DNA of 64,000 bases. It comes from the human T2T-CHM13v2.0 reference genome, Homo sapiens. Both the position numbers and the translations under genes were made by a program. Shown one piece after another: positions 44,787 to 59,598 of the stretch. The stretch is taken from NCBI RefSeq assembly GCF_009914755.1, contig NC_060931.1; one strand, 5' to 3'. Under the pieces are notes generated by a model. That model was not told the DNA's origin. It saw nothing but the letters and a program-made list of their open reading frames with translations, and ran no database searches. Every line of letters starts with the position of its first letter. Within the stretch, counting starts at the first letter, position 1.

Positions 44787-45408
44787 CAGTCATGCATTGC
44801 TTAACGATGGGAATAGGCTCTGAGAAATGCATCCTTAGGCGATTTTGTGCTTGCTTATGTGAACATCATAGAGTGTGAAAATCACAGAGTGTACTTACAC
44901 AAACCTAGGCAGTATGGCCTACCACAAACCTAGGGTATTTGGTATAGCCAATTGCTCCTGGGCTACAAACCTGTATAGCATGTATTGTCCTAAATACTGT
45001 AGACAACTGTAACACAAAGGTAAGTATGTGTATTTCTAAACATATTTAAACATAGAAAAGGTACAGTGAAAATATGGTATAAACAATACAAATGGTAAAC
45101 ATGTATAGGGCACTTACCATGAAAGGAAATTGCAGGACGGGAAGTTGCTCTAGGTGAGTCAGTGAGTAAGTGGTGAGTAAATGTGAAGGCCTAGGACACT
45201 ACTGCACACTACTATAGACTTTATAAAAACTGAACACTTAGGCTACACTGAACTAGTAAAAAAATTAAGTAACTGTACTACGATGTTACGACGGCTATGA
45301 TGTCACTAAGAGATAGGAATTTTTCGGCTCCATTATCAACTTATTGGACTGGTCATTCATATATGCAGTCCATCATTGACTGAAACATCATTATGCAGTG
45401 TATGACTA
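44787..45408 (+). mobile_element. Tigger3/MER7-type non-autonomous DNA transposon
   Basis: ta|cagtcatgcattgcttaacga..tctgagaaatgc ... cattatgcagtgtatgact termini. Confidence 0.88.
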
Positions 45409-47886
45409 TTTTATAGCAATATGATCCCACCACCGATGAAAAATACCTGCAAACTCTTTACAGAAATTTACAATATTTCTTTTTTCATTGAACTCCTTAC
45501 TTTGATTTCATTTCCTCCAGAAACTTAGAATTGTTTTCTACTGTAATATATGTTAATGCCTGACTATTAATGACCTTATCAAAATTACCTATGCCAAATC
45601 TATATATATTTTTTCTCTGATCTTAAGGATCTAGTCTCAAAAATCACTGAATTGAGTTTTTATTAGACAGTAATGCTCAAGTGATCCAAAACAAATATAT
45701 CACACAAATGTGCATTTATAATACATATAATAAATAAATACATTTATTAGATATGCATCTCAATGAAATGGATAGTGCTATTTCTTCCAATTAGTTCATG
45801 TATCCATAGATTGAAACAGAGTTCAGCATTAATTTTAATCCAGGATTTTTTTTTCTGTTGTAAGCTCTAAGAAAATAAATAGATGGGAGCATTATTATAG
45901 CAATGTCCATCAATTTAATTCCTGCCTATTTAAATGTCCCCAAACCACACAGTGATTAATAAGCAAAAACTCTTTCAATTATTTAGCAGTTGAATACTTG
46001 TATAAATTCTTTGCCAACTTTACTGAAAGTAAAATACAAGCCATCTAATTTGCAGAAGAATTGATTACATCATCAATCAATCACTTCCTCAAAACCAATG
46101 GTAATATTACACATTTGCCTTTTGAACGGTACCCTGGAGGTTTTTCCACTCTGGGACAAGAATCACCACTGTTAAAACCTGAGTTAAGTGAGAGTTGTAC
46201 CTTTCCTTTGTAAAGCGGGAGAAGGATGACTGTGAAAGGCAGGCTGAGAATGAGACTGAGCAGAAGACCTTTAGGAAAGGGTACTTACAGAATTAGAGGG
46301 TTCCTACTCAGTCCTATTAAAAATATACATGTGCCTATGTATTCCTGGGGAAGTTGTCTTGCTTATCCAGGTAGCCTCATAGTTTGAAAAACATCGTCCC
46401 AGTTAGGGTAGCAAAGGTCTGGAAGTGACCATGGAACTAGGGCCTAAATTGAACACACACAAGAAAAAGAATTGGCCCTTTATGGTGAATATCTTTCACA
46501 TGGAACTTCTAGAAAAATTGGAGCTTGGGGTAGGAGAATGAGGACTGGACTTTCTACCAATCTGGGCAGATGCTGGGCCAAGTGTCATAGTCTGAGACCG
46601 ACTGAGAGGCTTTTTTTAATACTCTAAATAGTACAAAAAGTAGTATGATTAGAGTACTGAGTGCCTACTGAGCCATACTATTGTGGCTGGTGCTAATGGG
46701 GAAAAAGAAGGTATAATACACAGCCCTTGTCTTCAAGGATCTTCCACCTTATTTGAGCTATCTGTTAAGGAAATGAAATTTAAGCAGAAAGAGGACACAC
46801 AGTCTATATTATTAAATCAGTAGCCCAGGGGAAGAGGAAAGAGGGCAGCCATAGGATGTATAATTTGGCGAGGGAATGTTGTGATGTTAGAGGTCCCTGG
46901 CAGTGGGAGAACTGCTAAGAATTCATCGGAGAAGAGTTACATGTGGACACCTGATATGACAAACGGCATTTGCTAACCAAGAGAGAACTACAAAAGCACC
47001 TACATAGACATTTCACGCCTTCTTCCCCTTCCTACCAACTGCAATCCTAAACAAATGTTGTAGACAGATTAGACGATCAGGAAAAGCAAGAATGGATAAA
47101 AGGGACTAAAGTCCCTTTTTCCCACTACAGGTTTCTGAGTGATTTAGAAGGAAAGAAAAAAGGTTTTGAAATGTGTAAGTCTTGGTTTAAACTGTTCTGA
47201 AAAATTTAGTACCTGAACATGTTATTTAATACCCAAAATAACCAGAAAAGGTATGGTATCTGCAAAGATGTCTTCAAGGATGGTATGAGAGAGAGAGATC
47301 CTAGAGTACCTAAGGATTGTGCTGTGGTAAGAATTAAGCTTCCTACTTAAGCCCTTCCAAATTTAGACCACTCACTAATTTGTTACATAAACCAAATCAA
47401 GTAATAACGAAAACTATAAAAGACTTTTCCGAAAAAACTGTCACAGTATATAAGGGGACGTGATTTCAAGCTGTAAATCAACAACAAATACTACTAATCA
47501 TAATTCTATAAACTTTCTCCCAAATTTTCTCATGCTGTTTTTCACTGGAGCTCATGAATGCTCTTCAGCTAACATCTGGAATCTAAATCCATCATATTTT
47601 CTTATTAATTCAGATGCCTCTCATTTTAAAGATCCCCAGATTGCTCCCTTTATTATAAATAAATTCTCAATGAATGTAAATTTCTGTATTTGGCTAATGC
47701 TTGTCTCTTTAGGCTTCATTTTGTTCTGCACCAACCCTATCGGTCTTAGAGAAATGTTACTTCTAATGAATTTATTTATATAAAAAGAAGCAATCTGTCA
47801 TGATTTTGAAGATGGAAATGAGAGGAGAGAAAACTTTTGTGTGGTTTGAGTGTTTTGCCTTTGGTTCATTAAAAATAGGCACAGTT

Positions 47887-48181
<295 letters not shown>

Positions 48182-48857
48182 AGGCACAGTTTTTGATAGA
48201 TCATATAAAAATGTAGCATATTTTATCTCTAGTCTATAAGAGTATCTGACTAATGAATTATACTTCAAAAATAATTCTGACATTACTGAATTAAAATGGA
48301 AACTAATATGCTTTTAAAAAGCACGGTTAGATTATCTTGGTTTATATGCAGTCTGTATTTAATCTCTCTTAAACATTGTCTCAGTACCTTGCCATTCTGA
48401 TAAGCATTCCATTTGTAGCTGCAATGTTCTTTCAATAGTTTGACAGATATTACAATTCTGGTTAAGAATTTAAAGTTTCCAGAAGTTGGTACTGGAGACT
48501 GTATTTCCCATCATTTTCATGAGGCAAATGGATGCTCTATCATAATATCCATAAATGTAGTTCTCTAATGACACACAATTCATTAGTTTTTCTTATTGCT
48601 TCTTGTCTTTTTATTACTTTCAGGTGGTGGGCAGTAGAGACCCATTAATCTTCAAATGCTTTTAATAAAACAGCACTATGGGATGAAGGAGAGACAGAGA
48701 GGGTGGCAAAAACCCAGTGTGGCTTCCTGGTGTTTTTATTTTTTTCTCTAACAAATGTTACTGATATTTAATTGCCTACTGTGATTATCAGTGCACTTAT
48801 ATTTTATTGTGGTACTGCACTGGACACTTAAAAATTTGTTAAGAGGTTAGATTTCAA

Positions 48858-48997
48858 GGCTGGGTATGGTAGCTCACACCTGTAACCCCAGCACTTTGGG
48901 AAGCTGAGGTGGGAGGATTGCTTGAGGCCAGGAATTTGAGACAAGCCTGGGTAACATAGTGAGACTTCATCTCTACAAAAAAATGACAAAATTAAAA
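48858..48997 (+). mobile_element. Alu monomer (FLAM_C-like)
   Basis: TSD aagaggttagatttca (48841) / aagaggttcgatatca (48998). Confidence 0.9.
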
Positions 48998-50379
48998 AAG
49001 AGGTTCGATATCATGCTAAATGTTTTTCCCTATTTGTTTTTAATAATGAATTTCCTTATTTTCCTGGCACCAAGATCTATCTTCACCTTCCATAGGGTAT
49101 TACTAGCTCCTGAGTTTGTTTAGGCACTCAAAGGATACTTAACACTTGGAGGGAATAAAAGACTAGTACATATAAGGAAATTTAGGACTACTATATGAAA
49201 ATAACAAATCTTATTCTCCCTTCACCACCCCACAGCTGGTCATCCCTCCTACTATCCCTCCATTTCCTTTTCAGTGGTATCATTAAGGGTATGCACTAAC
49301 ATTAAAATAAATGAAATGTCTGGAAAGGGTAAAATGCTATAAAAGTGTAGAAACAATTCCTCCGTATCTCATTCATACAAAACTTTTCCTGGTTTACTAA
49401 GAGACTATGAAACAATGACTTAAAAATCCATAAATAACAGGAATTTTCTCCATAACTGAAAAATACAGTTTATCCACACTCTCTTCCCTATTTTACAAAA
49501 TAAAAATTAAAATGAAACTTTCACAAATTACATTGCCTCACCGTTACTCTTTGTAAATCAAACGTGTCTATCAATACCATGTTTATTAGACCCCAGGTCC
49601 TATATTCTAGGTTATGTACCAACCTCACACGCTGTTTCCTCCTAATTGCTGGCAGGAAATCAGAACTACAGGAAGGAAATAGGTAATGGCCAGAAATCTT
49701 GATTAAGTGTATTGGAAATACGGACTAAATAAGGCACTATAATTAGTATCAGACAGAAGGATGAATTTATCTCCAACAAAGCACAAACTGTTGAAGCATT
49801 AAAATTTGGAAAACGTGTCTGAGACATAATCCACTATGATGATGGAGGAGATGAATCTCTTTCCTGTCATGCAAGATGAGTTCAGGATGAAAGTAACGAC
49901 ACTGTGACACTGCTAAAAAGCTGCAGTTGGTTAGCATTCATGAGATACCTTTTTAAGGTAATCTGCCCCTGGGATACCATGATAAATACAAATCTCTTAA
50001 TTTATTTAAAAAGTTAACTCAGTGTTCGTGGGGAAACACAGAAAGGCTATTTTAAATTAAAGGCTATTTTAAATCAGACAAATTTCCTTATAGAAAGAGT
50101 AATAAAAAAAAAAAAGAGCACTGGGGGCTTATTATAATACTTCCTCTCAGGTTTCAAAGTATTTTAGTTCACTTATATTGTTCATGCACTTGTTCCCCAA
50201 TATCAGAAGCCCTTTCAAATACATTATGAATATATTGAAAATTAAATAACAGCCCATGAAACTTTTACTATTTGTAAAAAAAAAGTGTTAAAATAACGTA
50301 ACTTCAGATAAAAGTTAATTGATCTCACGAACCAAATATTTAAGTATCAATTAAATATAAGATTCTGTAGAAACTACGA

Positions 50380-50655
50380 TAAGCAAAAAAAAAAATCCAG
50401 ATACAAAGACTACATATTGCATGATTCCATTTTTACAAACTATCCAGGAAAAGTAAAATTACAGAGCCTGAAAATAGATGAGTGGTTTCCTGGAACTGAG
50501 AGTGGGAGCAGGAATAGACTGCAAATGGCCATGACAGAACTTTCTGAAGTGATATGTTTAAAAATTGAATTTTGATGATAGCTGCACAAATGTATAAATT
50601 TACTAAAAATCATCTAATCTACAATAGATGAATTTTATTTTATACCTAAATAAAA
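50380..50655 (+). mobile_element. L1ME/MB 3' UTR relic
   Basis: tacatattgcatgattccattt..tgagtggtttcctgg..aaatttactaaaaatcat. Confidence 0.7.
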
Positions 50656-51419
50656 CAGAGAAGATTATGTGGGGAAAAAAAACCATGGCATTGAGATTAT
50701 TAGAGAAGTTGCACTCCCTCAAAATCTCATGGATTAGTAGAGTAGAATTAATAAAATAATCTAAGGACCATGAAAGAGCTTCCCAACAAGTGGTGGTACA
50801 CTAGTGTTCTTCCAATGGGTTTCAGAACTGACAAGACTTCAATTCTCTCGGCCACTGGAGTGACATGGTAGGACCTGGGGCTTGTATTCCCTGCAGCTAA
50901 GAATCTTCTTCCATTGACTCTATTTACTACAGAAACAAAATATTTTGCTGATCAAAGGCACCTTGATGAATGAAAATGAAGAGAGATCATATCATTACTT
51001 ACAAATGCAACTAAAGCAGCGCTTAGAGGGAAATTTATAGCTGCAATTGCCTATTTTAAGAAAAAAGAAAGATCTCAAATCAAAAGCCTAACCTTTCACC
51101 TAACACACTGTAAAAATGAAAGCAAACTAAACCTAAAATAGAAGGAAGTAAATAGTGCAGAATGAAGATAAAATAGAGAACAGAAAAATAGGAGAGAGTC
51201 CAAGAAATCATCCTAGAAATGTTATTTAAAATAGTCTTTTAATGGACAAACTTTTAGTTAGATGGGCTAAGAAAAAAGAAAGGCTATTCAAATTACTAGA
51301 ATCGGAAACGGAAAAGAGGACATTATTACTGACCTTATAGAAACTAAAAATAATTACAAAAACTATGATCAAATGTGTAACAATAAATTAGAGAACTTGG
51401 ATGAATTGAAAAATTAATG

Positions 51420-51468
51420 GCATTAACTTTTAATGGCAAAAAACACAATTACTTTTGCACCAACATAA
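51420..51468. mobile_element. MADE1 (Hsmar1 MITE), partial
   Basis: aatggcaaaaaacacaattacttttgcaccaacataa matches the Hsmar1 TIR. Confidence 0.85.
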
Positions 51469-53419
51469 CAGGAAAACACAAAATGACTCAAAAGAAAGAC
51501 AATGAATAGATCTATAACATGAGATCAAATTAATAATCAGAGAATTACTACCAAAGAAAAGCTCAGTCCCAGATGGCTCCACTGGTGAATTCTACCAAAT
51601 GCTTTTAAAAAATACAAATTCTTCATACCTTTGAAAAAAATTGAAGGGTCCACTTAAAACTTATTCTACAAGGCCACTATTACCCTGATAACAAAATCAG
51701 AGATATCACACAAAAAAATTACAAGGACAATATCTCTTATGAATATAGAGGCCAAAAACTTCAACAAAGCACTAGAAAACCAAATCCAGTGACAAATTTT
51801 AAAAATCCTATATTATGATAGTGGGAATTGTGCAAGGAATGCAAGGTTCATTTAACACCTGAAAATCAAATAATGTATTACATCATATCAACAGAATAAA
51901 AGACAAAATCCACATGATCATCTCAATAGATGTAGGAAAAGCATTTGACAAAATCAAACACCTTTTCATTATAAAAACAGTCAATAAACTAGGAATAGAA
52001 ATGAACTTCCTTAAACTGCTAAGAGTTTCTATTAAAAATTCAGAGCTAAAATCAGATTTAATTATAAAGGATTATATGCTTCCCCCCTGTGATCAGGAAC
52101 AACACCAACATGCCTTTTCTTACCACTTATAGTCAACATTGAACTGGAAACAATTAGTCAAAAAAAATAAATAATGGAAATCTAAATTAGACAGGAAGAA
52201 GTTAAACTATCAGTATTTGCAGATGACATGGTCTTGTACATAGAAAAGTCTACAAAATCCACTAAAAATTTTAAAGTTAATAAGCAAGCTCAGTAAGGTT
52301 GATTGATGCATATAAAATCTATATACAAAAATAATTATATTTCTAATAACTTGAATGATTTAAAGATAAAATTAAGAAAACAATTCAACTCAAAATAGCA
52401 TAAAAAAGAATAAAATAATAGAAATACATGTAACAAAAAAATAAAACTTTTACTTTGAAAACTACAAGACATTGTTGAAAGGGAAATTGAAGGTCTAAAT
52501 ACATAGAAAGACATCCCATATGTGTGGATCAGAAGACTTAATATTGTTAAGATGGCAGTATGCTCCAAATTGACCTACAGTTACAACATAATCCCTACTG
52601 GAATCTCAGCTGGTAATCTTTGCATAATCTTTACAAAAGTTGATAAACTCTTCCTAAAATTCATATCAAATTTCAGAATAGCCAAAACAATCTTCAAAAG
52701 CAACATAGGTGAAGGACTTGCAATCCTGATTTCAAAAGTTACTGCAATGGTAGAGCAATGGTAATCCAGAAAGTGTGGTAGTGGCATAAGAATAGACATA
52801 TAGATTGGTAAAACAGAATTGAGAGTCCAGAAACAAATTCATGTATCTATGGTCAACTGATTTTCAAAAAAGGATAAAAAGAACATTTAATAAGGAAAGA
52901 ATAGGTTTTTCAACAAATGGTGTTGGGACAACTGAATAGTTCCATGTAAAAGAAGGAAGCTGGACTCTTACATTACACCATATACAAAAATCAACCTAAA
53001 ATGGATCAGTGACCTAAATATAAAACTATGAAAGTCTCAGGAGAAAGCACAGAGCTAAATCTTAGTGACCTTAGGTTTGGCAATGAATTCTTAGCGGTGA
53101 CAACAAAAGCACAAGCAACAAAGAAAAAAATAAATTAAACTTCATCAAAATTTTGTGTTTCAAAATACAAATCAAGAAAGTGAAAAAAATTCACAGAATG
53201 AGAGAAAAGATTTGCAAATCACATATATGATGTGGGCCTAGTATCCAAAATAGAGGAACTCTTAAAACTTGAGAAAACAGAAATGGGCAAAGCACTTGAA
53301 TAAACTTGATATATGGCACTTGATACTGGCATTGCACGTCAGGCAAGAAAATTGTAATGGTGCTAGGACATTTAGCTTTCCATATGAAATATATATATAT
53401 GGAAGATATTTATACCATA

Positions 53420-53514
53420 TCAGCTTGTATAAGTATACTCTATGATGTTCAACAAAATCACCTAATGACACGTTTCTCAGAATGTATCCCTGCTGTTAAG
53501 TAACACATGACTGT
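53420..53514 (-). mobile_element. Tigger3/MER7 terminal fragment
   Basis: actctatgatgttc..tttctcagaatgtatccc..ttaagtaacacatgactg|ta, reverse-similar to the element starting at 44787. Confidence 0.75.
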
Positions 53515-55132
53515 ATATAATTCTATTTATACGAAATGTCCAGAATAGATAAATCTATAAGAGACAGAAAGTAAATCAGTGGTTGGTTAAGGCTGGATTG
53601 GTTGGGGGTTGATAGCTAAAGGGTACAGTTTTTTTTTTTTCTTGAGATGATGAGCATATTCAAAACTGGATAGTGGTGATGATTACACAATTCTGTGAAT
53701 ATACTAATATATTACCCCCAAATATATACTGTGACTAGGTCACAAAAGTAAGTTTAGTCGATTGAATTAATAATTCCGCTTGGATGCTTACTAAGTACTC
53801 AGATATAAGATTAAATAGGATAAGATGTTTTGCCCTTTTCTCAGGAGGAAATACATTGCAAAATAAACAGGTAATTAACACAGTCCCAAAATTAAAAAGT
53901 GGTCAGCCAGAAAATGTACACCTCCCACTGGGTTAAAGGGAAGGATTATTCTCAGTGATGGTTAAGTTGAGATTCTCAATGCCAAGAAAGCAGCTATACA
54001 AAGATAAGAGGGAAGATGACTACAAGCAGACGGGAAAGCAAGTGCGACACTGAGAATGGGTGGATAAGTGTATGAGGGACTGCATGAAGTCCAGGGTGGA
54101 TGAACTGCAGAAGATCGGGGGAACAGAGGGAGAAGGTGAGATCCCAGAGGTCATGAGAGATTGGTCAAGGGCAGGCCTGTAGGGATTTGTAGGTTAGGAT
54201 GAGAAGCTTCAACTTGTTTCTTTTCAACCCCCTAATACTCTGTGCACCTCTTTTCTGTTACACATAACCCTCTGTATCTCCCTATCCTGCCTGCTCTAAA
54301 GAAAATGAACATTTCTCATATATCTTCAGTGCCTATTTGGGATCTCAACAGAGGTTTCCTGAATGAACAGGTCACATATTGGTATTATAATAAGGCAAAA
54401 TCCTAAATCCTATAAGATATTTAGAATAAAGATTAAATAGAAGAAAAAAAATGTTTTCTAAAGGTAATGCACAAATGAAGGCCAAGCAAATTGAATCTGA
54501 ATTCCTCAGGCCAACCTGGTTGTTTCTACTAGAGACCATGATGGTTCCCCAAGTTTGAATGAATTAAAGCGAACACTTACTAATTTAATTAACTCATTGC
54601 CAGAACCTGAAACATCAAACTGTTGGCAAAAAGCAGCTTTATGCTCTGAATATCGTGCGGTAGTCGTACATTAACTGCTTCTCTAGCCCGCTCACTAAGT
54701 ATTCCAAGTCATTGTGCAGAATCATGGTATCTACTGTTACATCACCAAAAACTATAACAGACAAAAATGGAAAGGCTATTATACAATTCTCAGAACTGAA
54801 ATAGGATTATGTATTACCTTTCAAATAACACATGGTGATAAAATTTGCTTTCCTTAGAAATGACTTATAAATGTTTTATTGCCTAATGATTAGCTTTGCA
54901 TTTGCATGTTGGATTTTCTGTTTGTACTACACAGGGATTCTGCCAAAATTCCAATTATAACATCATTATCTAGAAAGGGACACACTAGTTCTAACACATT
55001 TGAGACAAAGTTAGCCAAATAGCAGTTTTAGAGGGTAATACCACACATTTATGCACATAAACAGAGCATGTTTCTTTGGGAGGATTAAAAAAACAAACAA
55101 CAACAATAATACACTTTTTTCAACTGGCTTAC

Positions 55133-55251
55133 TGTGGCCTTGAGGCTTCGGCCTGGTCTGTCTGAAGTTTTTCTCCTTCCACTTCCATTGTACAGTAAAC
55201 AATTCGATTGGGAGCAACTGACTTCAGGCCTTGCACTTCCATTATGACAAT
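55133..55251 (-). CDS. CADPS2: CADPS2 coding exon (probably exon 6), 119 nt, phase 0-2, start of C2 domain
   Basis: Read by hand: tatctttag|ATT GTC ATA ATG... = [39 protein letters not shown](Q), ending CA|gtaagc. Continues the frame of the 61434-61670 exon. Confidence 0.97.
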
Positions 55252-57713
55252 CTAAAGATAAAATGATTTTAAAATAATGCATCAAGTTGATAACATTTAG
55301 CAATATACATAAACAGCAGCATGAACTGTAATAAGGAAGATTGACAAAACTGAAAAAAAATTTGTTTTTTGTTAACATCACTGGTATTTTATCTTCTTTA
55401 TAATCCACCTCTATTCATAGAAGGTATAATAAATAACATTTTTAGGAAATCTGGTAACTGAAAATATATCTGCTGCCAGATACAAATAAAAGTAAGGTCA
55501 AATGTCATAAATATAAGCCATAGTGAATTAAATGAAATTTAAACTCAGATCCTTAACAAATTAAGGCAAGTCTGCACATTAAGCAGAATCACAAATGAAA
55601 ATTCAGTGCAGATGATAACAGCAGTACATGATAAGTACCATATAAAATAATATAGTATATATTATTGGTAAACATTGATACCATCATACTAACTCACTGA
55701 TATCAATATGTGATATCAGAAATTTTCTATATTCACTTATTTGAGATTACTATTATTGTCTGTAAAAGAGTTTAATTTATGGACTGTGTCTTATTAAATA
55801 GAAAATTATAATTTGTCACTGAACATTTTAATACTAACTTGGTAAGAAAAAATATTTTTTCTATCCATTAAAGATATGTACTAATTTAATTCAGTACACT
55901 GGAAAAGGGTGGAAAAACTGATATTGCCTTATGTATTTGTAACTCCTGGGAGAAAGGACAACATATATTTTTTATGTGTGCTTTTTAATGTTTGTCGAAG
56001 AGGCTGCCAATCTTAAAACACTGTAACCTATCATTCTTATTGGATGTATGTATCAAATATGAATATTATTTACCATAGCGTTTTCAATCAAAAGTTGCAT
56101 CATGAACTCTTCTAAATTCTCAAAATTTAATTTATAAAATAGATTAAAATGCATTTTTATATATGTACATTGATGTCTTAATTGATCCCATGTGGTATTT
56201 GCACAAACAATAATAAAACTCATGTTATGCAGCGACCAAAACATCTATCATAAACATAATCTGTATCAGTTACTGATCATGTAATACTTTATTACAGTCA
56301 TCACATTTTTTAGAGTCATGATAAGAATTTTGATCCAAAAGGGCTCAAAAAACAAACCATCTTAAAAGTGTTCTTCCTTTCAGCTCTGTTACAAGAGAAG
56401 GGTCATGTTTGTAAATATGAATGTGTATTTGTTTTTTGTTAAATTTTGTTTTCATAAAATATATAGGAAACTGATCACTCAGTTATTTATCAATAAAATA
56501 AAAGGTCAAACTCAGAACAAGTTTTCTTCCTCATCCAGGGCTTTTGTCATTTTCTCACATGGAAATACATACCAACATATGAATCAAAATCAGGACTTAA
56601 CTGAAAACAGACTAAGAAAATTAATGGAGAATTGATAGAGAAAAGCAGTATCTTTCACAGCTGTTCTAATACTCATCAGGGAAATTGGGATGAAATACTA
56701 AATCTTGATTAAAGAAAATAAGCAAAGGAAGTTATGCATTTTTAATGACTCAGATTTTTTGTTAGTAATATGGAAATTTGTTAGATTCTTATACAAAATG
56801 AAACCAGAAGCTGAGATAAATCAAATATATAACCATATTAATTAAAAGGCAACTACACTTGGACTTACCACCATTTCTCTAATAACTTCTTAATAATAAA
56901 AATGTTTGATGGTCATTTAAAATGTATGAAACAACAGAATTGTGTAGCACAAATCTAGAAATCGTAAGAGCATTGCTTCATATTTCAGAATATTATTGTT
57001 GACACTGCATCTCTTTCTGCAGTGTGTTTAAATAACCCAAATGCAAGAAAGGAAGCATCTGCTTGACATTATTTCTGTCACCTCTACTATAAGCTACTGT
57101 AAACATGACCTCCTAAAACATACAACTTGTGAAACAGTACTCTGCTTTTCAAAACAATACTTCCAACTGTGCTGGGAACGTTTTACCCTGCAGAATCGTC
57201 ATTTTCAAAAGATACAGCTTCTGTGATGAATCTATATGTATAAATAAAACAATATGATTCTACAGATCTGATATCCAAAAGGAAAATAAAACATAGGTGG
57301 CCTTAATAATTAGTGATAAAGACAGCCAAGAATTCCATGGACCATCAGCTAATCTAATTTTAAGTGTTTCAATTCCCAGCAAAACTTGCTAATGGACCTA
57401 CAGAAGCTAAACTGACCTATTTTTCATCTTCTCTTCCCCAGTCTCTCTGTAGCTGATGTCATAAGCATAAAATAAAGTTGTCCTAGAAGTAAAAAGAAGA
57501 GAGGCATGTATAAAATGTGAAACTAGGTAACATTCTTCCAAGTGAAACACTGACCACAGAGTTAGGAGACATTTAAGCATGTGTAGTTTATAAAAAAAAT
57601 GACACTGGGCAATATGGTGAAATTGGGGACCATATAGCACCAAACATAGAGAAAGTCATGGGATCTGCTAGCCTAATATCAATGAAAGAATTCAGTCTAA
57701 AAAATCAACTATA

Positions 57714-58004
57714 AGCCGGGCACAGTGGCTCACGCCTGTAATCTCAGCACTTTGGGAGGCCAAGGCGGGCATATCATGAGCTCAGGAGATCGAGACCATC
57801 CTGGCTAACACAGTGACACCTTGTCTCTACTAAAAATACAAAAAATTAGCCTGGCGTGGTGGCAGGCACCTGTAGTCCCAGCTACTAGGGAGGCTGAGGC
57901 AGGAGAATGGTGTTAACCTGGGAGGCGGAGGTTGGCAGTGAGCCGAGATCGTGCCACTGCACTCCAGCCTGGGCGACAGTGCAAGATTCCATCTCAAAAA
58001 AAAA
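57714..58004 (+). mobile_element. AluY/Sc8-like
   Basis: gagatcgagaccatcctggctaacac and gagaatgg motifs. TSD aaaaaatcaactata at 57699-57713 / 58005-58019. Confidence 0.95.
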
Positions 58005-58224
58005 AAAAAATCAACTATATTCATGCCACTGATAACATTCCCCCACTTTCCACTTCTTAAGTGAACGTTTGTTTTTCTAGTATTGCTTGAACATTTAACA
58101 TTATTGAACAGCTTAGCGTTTTGTGGATTGGCTCATCTCTTGCTTTAATATTTCTTCTGAAGCCTTAATGAACAGAGATACCTAAAAGTAATCCTGAACG
58201 GCTGTTTTTTTGATACCATAAAAA

Positions 58225-58500
58225 TCCTTAATCCAGTAAGTATTTATTGAGTCAATTGTGTGCTAGGCACTGTTTAGGCACTTTCAATACTTCAGTAAAC
58301 AAAAAAGAAAGAGAAAGAAATATAACCTTCCTGCAACTTATATTCTAGTAGAGAAAGCCAGCTAATTAACAATAAACACAATAAATAACTGAACTATATG
58401 TTAGTTGGTAAGTACTACAGCAAAAACTGAACTTGGTAAGGGAATAGGGTATGGTGGGAGAAGGGAGGGGTGGGAGCAATTTTAAAGAGAAGGTGAAATT
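58225..58500. mobile_element. L2 3' relic
   Basis: agtatttattgag..tgtgctaggcactgtttaggcact..cttatattctagt. Confidence 0.7.
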
Positions 58501-59296
58501 TGAGGAGAGTTTTTCAAATCTGCACTTTATTCCTTCGACTCAGTATAGTTCTTAGAAAAGATTCCTCCACTGGACCACTTCTAAGCCTGACTAATGAAAT
58601 GTGTGAGCTTTAAATTGATTTAACTGCTTGCCTTTCAGAGTCTTCTTAGGCTGAAATATGGGGTCTGAGGAGCAAGGCTTGCTGAAAGGACTAGAGATAA
58701 TTATTCAGTTTAGCTTGGCTGATGTCACAGGTCCTGTGACTAGAGGCATATCTATTCTCTCTGGTGTCCTATAAACATGCACTGCACCATCGTCACTTAA
58801 CACGATTTTACTTTGTTGCTGGACACATAACTCCTGCTTAAAATACTGTGGACATTGAGAACAGATTTGTATTATGCTATGGTAGGAAAATATCTGCCTT
58901 AGATAGACATAGCAACAGAGGATGTCAAAACAATTTTATAAATATGCAAACTTCTCAGACCATGCAAAGTGAAGTTTTAGCTCATATTCTCTGCCTAACA
59001 ACCTACTGCCAACTCAACAGCCCTCCTAAACATATTGGCAATAAAGCACAGAATAACAATTCATAATTTCACTTAAACATTGACTCAGCAGCCTAATTTT
59101 GTTTTCAACAGGCAAAATATAATTCATAAGAAGTTAATTATTACAATTGTTTAAGATTTTTGAACAATAGAGAAAAGATAAAATGTTCTGAACTTTTAGT
59201 TCTGAATGTTTACATATAAAGATAATGGTAGATTTGTAAATTATAAAAGTTATTTGCTCTACAAATTATTTTTTTCATCAATAAATTTAAATTATA

Positions 59297-59598
59297 GACT
59301 AGGCACGGTGTCTCAAGCCTGTAATCCTAGCACTTTGGGTGGATTGTCTGAGCTCAGGAGTTTGAGACCAACCTGGACAACATGGCGAAACCCCATCTTT
59401 ACTAAAAAATACAAAAAAAAAAAAAAAAATTTAGCCAGGCATTGTGTTGCATGTCTGTAGTCCCATCTACTCAGGAGGCTGAAGCGGGAGAATCACTTGA
59501 ACCCAGGAAGTGGAGGTTGTGGTGAGCAGAGATAGTGCCACTGTACTCCAGTTTGGGCAACAGAGAGAGACTCAGTCTCCAAACAAATAAATAAATAA
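59297..59598 (+). mobile_element. Alu (old J/S) with short left-arm deletion
   Basis: Dimer; cactttgg^gtggatt lacks gaggccgagg. Confidence 0.92.

Larger units (their letters stand above)
51005..53720 (+). mobile_element. Old L1M ORF2/3' relic with multiple stops
   Basis: Peptides [16 protein letters not shown] and WIRRLNIVKMA, plus tttgcagatgacatg (FADD). Confidence 0.88.

Noticed and set aside
50042-50074. Short tandem duplications (aaaggctattttaaat x2; also aaatcacttc x2 near 3438)
   Set aside because: Ordinary slippage products with no wider structure.
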